DNA of 25,825 nt, taken from positions 1-25,825 of the forward strand of contig JAJYBW010000002.1 of the NCBI GenBank assembly GCA_021778815.1, written 5' to 3'. Of this stretch, positions 16,900 to 25,825 are shown one piece after another. Source of the stretch: Acidobacteriota bacterium. Its GTDB lineage: Bacteria > Acidobacteriota > Terriglobia > Terriglobales > Acidobacteriaceae. Position numbers and translations under genes: made by a program. Each line of letters starts with the position of its first letter. Position 1 is the stretch's first letter. The notes under the pieces are model-generated. The model was not told the origin of the DNA, ran no database searches, and worked only from the letters and a program-made list of their open reading frames with translations.

Positions 16900-18066
16900 A
16901 TGAAGCGACTTGCCGTTGTCATCTCGATCATTGTAGGTATTACTGGCAGCGCATATGCGCAAAGTGCAAGCTGGCAGCCCGATCTGACCCGGCAGCAGAC
17001 CTATGTCCAACATCGCGCCTCCAGTTCCGATCCCACTGGCACCAATGCGGACTTCCGTGTGGTTGCTCCTGGCGCGACGTTGACGGTACTGGACGTCGAC
17101 GGTCCGGGCACCATCTCCCATATGTGGTTCACGATCAACGACGGTGAATCATACAACCTCAAGCGTATTGTCCTGCGCATGTATTGGGATGGAGAGCAGT
17201 CTCCAAGTGTCGAGACGCCTATCGGAGACTTTTTCGGCCTCGGGCTTGGGTACTACTACAACTGGCACTCCGAATTGCTCTCGGTGGGCAGCGTCCAGGC
17301 TTTGAACTGTTTTTTCCCGATGCCATTTCGGCACCATGCGCGCATTACGATTACGAACCAAGGGAAGCAGCCCATCGGCAGCTTTTACTACAACATCGAT
17401 TACCGCACGTATTCGCATCCACTCCCACCAGACAGTCTGTATTTTCACGCCGAGTACCGGCAGGCGCAGCCGAACCATGGCTGGACCGACAAGTGGGAGA
17501 CTAACCAGGATCCTCTGGTGAACGACAAGGCGAACCTCTACGGCAAAGGCAATTATGTATGGCTGGACGCCAAAGGCCACGGGCAATTCGTGGGCGTGAC
17601 CATGTCCGTGTTGCAGAACCAGGACATGTGGTGGGGCGAGGGCGACGACATGTTCTTCATCGATGGCGCAAGACGGCCATCCATAGCCGGAACCGGTACT
17701 GAGGACTATTTCCTCGGAGCATGGGATTTCGGTGGCAAGCCCTTCTCGTATCCGCTGTACGGAGCTCCGGTGGTAGGCAAAGAGGTTGCCGGGAGTCGGT
17801 CCAGCGTCTACCGTTTTCATCTCGATTCGCCGATCCCGTTCACGAAATCCATCCAGGCCACCATCGAGCATGGCAACGCGAACGATCGCTCCGACAACTA
17901 TTATTCCGTAGCATACTGGTATCAAGCCGAGCCGCATGAGCCGTTTCCTCCATTACCGCCTGTGGACCAAAGGCTGCCCCGGTTACAGTGCGTGGGTGGT
18001 CCCGGAAATAGTCATGGCCTGAACGACTCCAATTCCTATACCGGCATCTCTCAACATCCGCAGTAA
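16900..18066 (+). CDS. Secreted glycoside hydrolase family 172 (DUF2961) protein; candidate alpha-D-arabinofuranosidase / alpha-D-fructofuranosidase
   Basis: Signal peptide (…GSAYA|Q); DGPGTISHMWFT, LRMYWDGE..PSVETPIGDFFG, NCFFPMPF, YFHAEYRQ, WWGEGDDMFFIDG and GTGTEDYF (both candidate catalytic Glu present), YRFHLDSPIPF, TIEHG; GGAGG RBS. Confidence 0.93.
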   Translation: MKRLAVVISIIVGITGSAYAQSASWQPDLTRQQTYVQHRASSSDPTGTNADFRVVAPGATLTVLDVDGPGTISHMWFTINDGESYNLKRIVLRMYWDGEQSPSVETPIGDFFGLGLGYYYNWHSELLSVGSVQALNCFFPMPFRHHARITITNQGKQPIGSFYYNIDYRTYSHPLPPDSLYFHAEYRQAQPNHGWTDKWETNQDPLVNDKANLYGKGNYVWLDAKGHGQFVGVTMSVLQNQDMWWGEGDDMFFIDGARRPSIAGTGTEDYFLGAWDFGGKPFSYPLYGAPVVGKEVAGSRSSVYRFHLDSPIPFTKSIQATIEHGNANDRSDNYYSVAYWYQAEPHEPFPPLPPVDQRLPRLQCVGGPGNSHGLNDSNSYTGISQHPQ

Positions 18067-18156
18067 ACCTTGGCGGGAGCTTCGATCATCGCGAGGAGCG
18101 TGCGCCCGTCGAATGATCACTGGGGGAATAGTTCTGGGGCAGGATGGAGGCAGTTC

Positions 18157-18279
18157 ATGAACATGCGTACGATGTTTCTGGCTTCGCTGATTTTCTCCGG
18201 TTGCCGCCTCTGTGCCACCACTCGGTTACAGGCCCCGAACGGTTCGATACGCTTGGATGTGAACATCGGGAGATTTCTA
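18157..18279 (+). pseudogene. 5' stub of a secreted protein (possibly GH97-like N-terminus), truncated
   Basis: GGAGG RBS then MNMRTMFLASLIFSGCRLCA|TTRLQAPNGSIRLDVNIGRF; interrupted at the IS630 target TA. The GH97 resemblance (LxSPDG...) is weak. Confidence 0.45.
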
Positions 18280-19305
18280 GAGCAGTTTCTGAAATAGCGT
18301 AGACTCATCCTGGCGAGACTCTGCGGCGAGTGAATCGATGGCGAAGCCATATGGGGATGATTTGCGCCGTAAGTTTCTGTTTGCTTACGATCAGGGCGAG
18401 GAGACGCTGGAGGAACTTGCGGATCGCTTCCTGGTAAGCGTGGGCTGGGCGAAGAAGATTTCCGCGCAACGGAAGCGCACCGGACAAGCTGAGCGGGTGC
18501 CGCATCGGCCCGGACGTAAATTGCGGGCCGGAACCGAGGCACAGCGTCAGGTGATGGATTGGGTGGCATCGAAGCCCGATCTGACGCTGGCCCAACTACA
18601 GGCCAGGTTGTACAGCGAGGCTGGCGTTTCGCTCAGTTTGGGGCGGATCTGGCATCTGTTGAAGAAGCTGGGGCTGCGGCTGAAAAAAAGTCACTCCACG
18701 CAGTCGAGCGGGACACCGAGGCCAACCTCAAGCGTCGTGAAGAGTTCGTTGCGCGCATCCAGTCGATCCCGCCGGAGCGGCTGATTTTTCTGGACGAGAG
18801 CGGCATCACTACCTCAATGACGCGGCTCTACGCGCGCGGCACGGGAGGCAAACGCATTCATGAGGCGACCCCTGGCGGACACTGGAAAATCATGACGATT
18901 CTGGGCGCCATGAGCCTGAACGGCATGGTCGCAACCATGACCATCGAAGAGCCCACCGACAGGGACATCTTTCTGGCCTACGTCGAACATCTGCTGGTCC
19001 CGGTCCTGAGGCCCGGCGACGTGGTGGTCATGGACAACCTCAGTGCGCACAAGGCACCTGCGGTTCGCACATGGATCGAACAAGCCGGTGCCGAGCTGCT
19101 CTATCTCCCGCCCTATTCTCCCGATCTGAACCCTATCGAGAAGGCTTGGGCAAAACTCAAACAACTGCTTCGCACCGCCAAGGCACGAACGAAAGAAACC
19201 CTCGATCAGGCCATCGCTGATGCTCTGCCATGCATCACGCCCGCCAATGCACAAGCTTGGTTCAGACTCCCCATCAACGGTTTTACAGTAAAACAGAAAA
19301 TGCTC
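18280..19305 (+). mobile_element. IS630-family insertion sequence (~1.03 kb), inserted at CTAG with TA duplication
   Basis: TA at 18278-79 and 19306-07. Terminal inverted repeats TAGAGCAGTTTCTG (18278-18291) and CAGAAAATGCTCTA (19294-19307) match at 13/14. Confidence 0.92.
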
Positions 19306-19308
19306 TAG
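18338..19308 (+). CDS. IS630 transposase, HTH and DDE ORFs joined by a -1 frameshift at A7G (18683-18690), ~323 aa fused
   Basis: ORF A ends RLKK; the -1 frame continues [42 protein letters not shown] (D-D-E triad). Confidence 0.92.
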
Positions 19309-19312
19309 CTGC

Positions 19313-20808
<1,496 letters not shown>

Positions 20809-20995
20809 AAAACTGCAATGATTGCTACGCGGAAGGGCGCGAGCGGGAACAATCCTGGCCGCTGACGCTTTCAAAAGTGTAACAGAATCGGAGCTTGCGG
20901 ACGGCCGCGAGGTTCGATCGCCACTGCGAGATTTGAGAGGCTTGCCGAGCAGGTCGGCCATGTAACAATAAAAGTGTCCCTCTACCAGGAAAACA

Positions 20996-23368
20996 ATGAA
21001 ATCTGCGTCCACTTCTGCGATTCCTAACCCGGCACAGATCACGCCGGAGCTGCTGGCCCAGCATGGCATTACGGCTGACGAATATCAGCGCATTCTGGAC
21101 GCGCTGGGTCGAGTTCCCAGCTTCACGGAGCTTGGCATTTATAGCGTGATGTGGAGCGAACACTGCTCCTATAAGTCTTCGCGCGTGCATTTGAAGCGTC
21201 TGCCGACCGAGAGCCAGCGCGTGGTGCAAGGCCCGGGAGAGAATGCCGGCATCATCGACGTTGGCGATGGCTGGGCCTGCGCTTTCAAGATTGAATCGCA
21301 CAATCACCCATCCTATATAGAGCCCTACCAAGGTGCGGCGACTGGCGTGGGTGGAATTTTGCGCGACATTTTTACCATGGGTGCGCGACCGCTGGCGGTG
21401 ATGGATTCGCTGCGATTTGGGCCGATCGTTTCAGAGGATGCTGGGAAGGCGGATGGAAAAAACTCGATCCCGACCGCTCTGCTGAATAAGAACCACCAGA
21501 TTCTGGAAGGCGTGGTCAGCGGCGTGGCCGGCTACGGCAATTGCTTTGGAGTGCCGAACCTGGGCGGCGAAACTCGCTTTGAACCCTGCTATTCCGGGAA
21601 CCCGCTGGTGAATGCGTTCGCGCTGGGCATGGTGCGCAAGGACGAGATTTTCTATGGCAAGGCGACGGGCGTCGGCAACCCCGTGCTATATGTAGGCGCG
21701 AAGACGGGACGCGACGGAATCCACGGCGCGACGATGGCCAGCGAGGAGTTCCACGAGGGCTCGGAACAGAAGCGGCCGAACGTGCAGATGGGTGATCCCT
21801 TCATGGAAAAGCTGCTGCTGGAAGCATGCCTGGAGGCGATGCAGACCGGCGCGATCGTTGGCATTCAGGACATGGGCGCGGCGGGATTGACGTCGTCTTC
21901 CTGCGAAATGGGCGGTCGCGGCGGAGTTGGCATTGAAATGGAGTTGGATCGCGTCCCGCAGCGCGAAACCGGCATGACGGCGTACGAGATGATGCTGTCG
22001 GAGTCGCAGGAGCGCATGCTGCTGGTGGCCGACAAGGGTCGCGAAGAGGAAGTGACGAGAGTCTTCGCGAAGTGGGGACTGGATGCGGTGACGGTGGGGA
22101 CGGTGATCGCGGAATCGCGATTGCGGATCTTCCATCACGGGGAATTGGTCGCGGATATTCCGAATGCGTCGTTGACGGATGAGGCGCCGCGCTATCATCG
22201 GCCGATTGGAACATGGAAAGCGCCGGTGCCGAGCGAACCTTCGGCGGAAATTTTGCAGCCACTGCAGGCGAAGCGCGACTTGACCGCTGACCTGAAGAAG
22301 CTGCTGGCGTCGTCAAATATCTGCGACAAGCGTTGGGTGTACGAGCAGTACGACACTATGGTGCAGACAAACACGGCGCAAGGACCAGGCGGGGAAGCTG
22401 GCGTGATGCGGCTGAAAGGCACGCAGCGTGGGTTGGCGATGGCGCTCGATGGCAACAGCCGCTGGTGCTATCTCGATCCGAAATTGGGTGCGGCGCATGC
22501 GGTGGCGGAAGCTGCGCGGAAAGTGGCTTGCACTGGGGCGACGCCGATTGCGGCAACGAACTGCCTGAACTTCGGCAACCCCGAGAAGCCGGAGATTATG
22601 GCGCAGCTTTCAAGCGCGATTGATGGCATTGCGGAGGCCTGCACTGCACTCGGTACTCCGATCACGGGCGGCAATGTTTCGCTCTACAACGAGACCAAAG
22701 GGGAAGCGATCTATCCTTCGCCGGTAGTTGGAATCGTTGGAATTCTGGAAGATGTTTCGAAGAGTGTGCCGGCGGATTTTCAGCGGGTGGGCGATGCGGT
22801 GTTGCTGCTGTGCGGGAAAGCAACTGTTGCAGAAAACGCCAGCTTGAAGGAATTCGGTTCGTCGGAATACGCGAAGGTTTTTCTGCATGCCTTGTGGGGT
22901 ACGCCGCCGGCGCTCTCGCTTCAGGCTGAGGCAGACCTGCACAAGTGCCTTGCGAAGCTGGCGGATGAAAAGTTGCTGCACTCTGCGCGCGATATTTCTG
23001 ATGGCGGAATTGCGGTTGCGTTGGCGGAAGGTTGTTTCGCTCATCAAGTTGGAGTGCGCGTGGAAGCTCCCGGAGGTTTGGCTGCAGTTCCGGCGTCATG
23101 CGCGCTATTCGCCGAACCTGCCAGCGAAGTGCTGATTTCCTGCTCACTTCAATCGGTAGAGAAGATCAAGAAAATCGTCGATGATGTCGGCTTCGTGACT
23201 GTGGTTCCGCTGGGATCGACGATTGCCGATCGGGTGGAGATCGTGGTGAATGGGCAGTCGCTGATTTCTGAATCGATTGCAAATCTTTTCGAGCCGTGGC
23301 GCCGTGGATTGCCGGATGCGCTGGAGTCTACATTTCATCGCGAAAGTTCCGCGATGGATCAGGCATAA
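20996..23368 (+). CDS. purL: Phosphoribosylformylglycinamidine synthase subunit PurL (small type)
   Basis: [88 protein letters not shown]. Confidence 0.98.
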   Translation: MKSASTSAIPNPAQITPELLAQHGITADEYQRILDALGRVPSFTELGIYSVMWSEHCSYKSSRVHLKRLPTESQRVVQGPGENAGIIDVGDGWACAFKIESHNHPSYIEPYQGAATGVGGILRDIFTMGARPLAVMDSLRFGPIVSEDAGKADGKNSIPTALLNKNHQILEGVVSGVAGYGNCFGVPNLGGETRFEPCYSGNPLVNAFALGMVRKDEIFYGKATGVGNPVLYVGAKTGRDGIHGATMASEEFHEGSEQKRPNVQMGDPFMEKLLLEACLEAMQTGAIVGIQDMGAAGLTSSSCEMGGRGGVGIEMELDRVPQRETGMTAYEMMLSESQERMLLVADKGREEEVTRVFAKWGLDAVTVGTVIAESRLRIFHHGELVADIPNASLTDEAPRYHRPIGTWKAPVPSEPSAEILQPLQAKRDLTADLKKLLASSNICDKRWVYEQYDTMVQTNTAQGPGGEAGVMRLKGTQRGLAMALDGNSRWCYLDPKLGAAHAVAEAARKVACTGATPIAATNCLNFGNPEKPEIMAQLSSAIDGIAEACTALGTPITGGNVSLYNETKGEAIYPSPVVGIVGILEDVSKSVPADFQRVGDAVLLLCGKATVAENASLKEFGSSEYAKVFLHALWGTPPALSLQAEADLHKCLAKLADEKLLHSARDISDGGIAVALAEGCFAHQVGVRVEAPGGLAAVPASCALFAEPASEVLISCSLQSVEKIKKIVDDVGFVTVVPLGSTIADRVEIVVNGQSLISESIANLFEPWRRGLPDALESTFHRESSAMDQA

Positions 23369-24843
23369 TGAACGCATACAAACCATCGATGGAACCAATG
23401 CCCATACCCGAGCATGACCCCACTCCATTCGACAAACTCCGCGAAGAATGCGGCGTCGTGGCCATTCACAACCATCCAGATGCCGCGCGCCAGGCGTATT
23501 TGGCTCTCTATTCTTTACAGCATCGCGGGCAGGAATCGGCGGGCATCGCCACGGCCGACTACGAAAATCTGTGGAACATCAAGGGCATGGGCCTGGTCGC
23601 GGAAATTTTTACGGACGATGTTCTGGCTAAGCTGCCGGGTTCCTTAGCCATCGGTCACACGCGCTATTCGACCACGGGAGATTCGGCGCTGTTGAATGCG
23701 CAGCCGATTCGGGTGGACTCCACCAAGGGGTTGATCGCGATTGCCCACAATGGAAACCTGGTGCATCTCGGCAACCTGCGCACGCAACTGGAGCGCGAAG
23801 GCGCTATTTTCCAGACCACCAGCGACTCGGAAATTATTGTGCAGTTGATCGCACACTCGAAAGAGCCGACGCTGATCGACGCTATCGCCGACTCCTTGCG
23901 CCAGGTAGAGGGAGCCTTCTCCATTGTGATGATGACGCGGGATCGCATCTTTGCCGCCCGCGATCCACGAGGGTTTCGTCCTCTTTCCATGGGGCGCATT
24001 GCGAACGCCGACGGCACGGATACGATTGTGTTTGCATCGGAGACCTGCGCCTTCGATCTGCTGCGTGCGACCTATGAGCGCGAAGTGAAGCCGGGCGAAC
24101 TCGTGATGGTTTCGCGCGAAGGCGTGACCTGCCGCCAATTTTCCACCGGACTTCCGCAGGCTAGTTGTGTGTTTGAGCATGTCTATTTTTCGCGCCCCGA
24201 CAGCAAAGTATTTGGCCGCTGGGTTCAGGAAAGCCGCGAAGAAATGGGGCGGCAACTGGCGCGCGAATCCGGTGTCGAGGCCGACCTGGTGGTGCCGGTG
24301 CCTGACTCCGGCGTGACGGCGGCCATTGGCTATGCGGCGGAGAGCGGGATTCCATTCCGATTTGGGCTGATTCGCAACCATTATGTGGGGCGAACTTTTA
24401 TTGAGCCGGAACAGCGGGTGCGCGATTTCGGAGTGAAGCTGAAACTGAATCCGGTGCGCAATCTGCTGGAAGGCAAGCGAGTGATATTGATCGATGACTC
24501 GATCATTCGCGGCACCACCAGCCGGAAGATTGTTCGCATGGTGCGCGGTGCCGGTGCGACTGAGGTTCACCTTCGCATCAGCTGTCCGCCGACGATATCT
24601 CCCTGCTTTTACGGCGTGGACACCCCCAGCAAACGCGAGTTGATTGCCGCCAATCAATCGGTGCAGGAAATTTGTGAATTTATTGAGGCGGATTCTCTGG
24701 CGTATCTGTCGCTTGACGGACTGCTGCAAGCCTGCGATGGGGCCGCCGGCAACCGGTACTGCACCGCTTGCTATACCGGCGTGTATCCAACGCAATGGGT
24801 CGATGTCGATTCCATTTTGCCCGCGCCTGCCGTTGAAGTATGA
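23368..24843 (+). CDS. purF: Amidophosphoribosyltransferase (propeptide, Fe-S type), 491 aa
   Basis: EECGVV (N-terminal nucleophile Cys after propeptide), LQHRGQESAG, IGHTRYST, AHNGN, PVPDSG, LIDDSIIRGTTS, CPP..PCFYG, YCTACY. ATG overlaps the purL stop (TAATG). Confidence 0.97.
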   Translation: MNAYKPSMEPMPIPEHDPTPFDKLREECGVVAIHNHPDAARQAYLALYSLQHRGQESAGIATADYENLWNIKGMGLVAEIFTDDVLAKLPGSLAIGHTRYSTTGDSALLNAQPIRVDSTKGLIAIAHNGNLVHLGNLRTQLEREGAIFQTTSDSEIIVQLIAHSKEPTLIDAIADSLRQVEGAFSIVMMTRDRIFAARDPRGFRPLSMGRIANADGTDTIVFASETCAFDLLRATYEREVKPGELVMVSREGVTCRQFSTGLPQASCVFEHVYFSRPDSKVFGRWVQESREEMGRQLARESGVEADLVVPVPDSGVTAAIGYAAESGIPFRFGLIRNHYVGRTFIEPEQRVRDFGVKLKLNPVRNLLEGKRVILIDDSIIRGTTSRKIVRMVRGAGATEVHLRISCPPTISPCFYGVDTPSKRELIAANQSVQEICEFIEADSLAYLSLDGLLQACDGAAGNRYCTACYTGVYPTQWVDVDSILPAPAVEV

Positions 24844-25313
24844 ACGTCCGGATTCGCGAGTTTCAGCCCGGAGATGAAATTTCTTTCCGCGCGTTGAACG
24901 AAGCGTGGATTACTGCATCCTTTCATTTGGAAGATGAAGACATTGCGATCTTGGGCGATCCGCAACATCACATCCTGAGCTCTGGCGGCCATATCTATTT
25001 TGCAGCGCACCCCGAATCTGGCGAGGTTCTGGGATGCTGTGCGTTGCTGCCAATGGAGGACGGTTGCTTTGAAGTCGCCAAGATGGCGATGGCCGAACGG
25101 CACCGCGGGCAGGGGATCGGAAGACAAATGCTGCGCGGAACGATTGTCGCAGCTCGTGACTTGGGAGCGCGGCGACTCTATCTGGTGACGCATCATTCGC
25201 TGAAGAACGCCATCGGACTGTACGAGTCGGAAGGCTTTGTGCACCTTCGCCCGGAAGATGCACCGCCTTCACCGTACGCGCGCGCGACCGTTTTTATGGA
25301 GAAGTTTCTGTAG
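24840..25313 (+). CDS. GNAT-family N-acetyltransferase
   Basis: FEVAKMAMAERHRGQGIGRQML (acetyl-CoA motif A), NAIGLYESEGF; ATGA overlap with purF. Confidence 0.92.
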   Translation: MNVRIREFQPGDEISFRALNEAWITASFHLEDEDIAILGDPQHHILSSGGHIYFAAHPESGEVLGCCALLPMEDGCFEVAKMAMAERHRGQGIGRQMLRGTIVAARDLGARRLYLVTHHSLKNAIGLYESEGFVHLRPEDAPPSPYARATVFMEKFL

Positions 25314-25336
25314 CCAATCGAGCGCCAGGATCGCGT

Positions 25337-25825
25337 TTATCCCAGGTCGAACAACAGGATTTCCGCATTGTCGGTTGCAACAATTTGTACCCAGCCCTCG
25401 TCGTCGATCGTCAGACCGTCGCCGGCGTGCAGCGCCTTGCCATTTACGGTCACCTCGCCGGCGGCCACCTGCACCCAGCCATGGTTGCCAGACAGGGTTT
25501 GATCGATGGTGGTTCCACCATCCAGCTTGCCCGCGTACACCTCAGCGTCGCTGCGGATCAAGAACGATCCATCGCGGCCATCGCGGGAAGCGATCAAGTG
25601 CAGATTGTTCGGTTGCGTCTCGATAGGAAAAGACTTCTGTTCGTATTTCGGATCGAGCCCATTGCGATTCGGCAGCAGCCAGATTTGCAGCATATGTGTT
25701 GTTTCCGTAGATGACGGATTGGCTTCGCTATGACGGATGCCGGTTCCGGCCGACATGAACTGGACGTCTCCGTGGCGAATGATGCCGCCGGATCCGAGCG
25801 AATCTTTATGGCCAAGCTCCCCGTT
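25337..25825 (-). CDS. Pirin-family (YhhW-like) protein, 5' end outside the window
   Basis: Frame open to the window edge: GELGHKDSLGSGGIIRHGDVQFMSAGTGIRHSE, LQIWLLP, WVQVAAG, AEILLFDL. Confidence 0.93.
   Translation of the reverse strand, partial: NGELGHKDSLGSGGIIRHGDVQFMSAGTGIRHSEANPSSTETTHMLQIWLLPNRNGLDPKYEQKSFPIETQPNNLHLIASRDGRDGSFLIRSDAEVYAGKLDGGTTIDQTLSGNHGWVQVAAGEVTVNGKALHAGDGLTIDDEGWVQIVATDNAEILLFDLG

Noticed and set aside
18559-19308. Independent 249-aa transposase gene starting at 18559
   Set aside because: The upstream part overlaps ORF A out of frame; the DDE part is reached by -1 frameshift at 18683-18690.
20809-20995. Purine or ZTP riboswitch upstream of purL
   Set aside because: No recognisable aptamer consensus or terminator; the space is shared with the divergent tRNA promoter.
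23296-23367. Upstream purF start at 23296
   Set aside because: It would overlap purL by 73 bp; the ATG at 23368 overlapping the purL stop is more plausible.

Overview
Acidobacteria-like genomic window. The taxon is inferred from the Oar-type TonB-dependent receptor plus TPR gene pair and the style of the integrase remnant. The right end is core genome: tRNA-Pro(CGG), purL, purF, a GNAT acetyltransferase and a partial pirin. Left of the tRNA lies an ~18.3 kb integrative element (2435-20738) bounded by a 14-bp direct repeat, GAAAGAATGGTCGG. Its large serine recombinase gene runs through the att site into the antisense strand of tRNA-Pro. Joining the two ends in silico rebuilds an inverted-repeat attP and a different recombinase C-terminus (WSALVEDFRT...). 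The intact cargo is a LacI-controlled carbohydrate locus: an uncharacterised secreted protein, TonB-dependent receptor, TPR protein, fucose/arabinose-isomerase-family enzyme, ribulokinase-like FGGY kinase, sugar porter and a secreted GH172 (DUF2961) glycosidase. Together these best fit a D-arabinofuranoside / D-arabinan utilisation system, an inference not tested here. The rest of the element is decayed (hsdM and other remnants), and an IS630 sits 5 bp upstream of the recombinase start. Outside the left att site are remnants of an older island, a tyrosine-integrase C-terminus fused back-to-back to a cas3 fragment, followed by an ArsR regulator and a TolC-family gene. All family assignments come from motif recognition by eye; no database searches were run.
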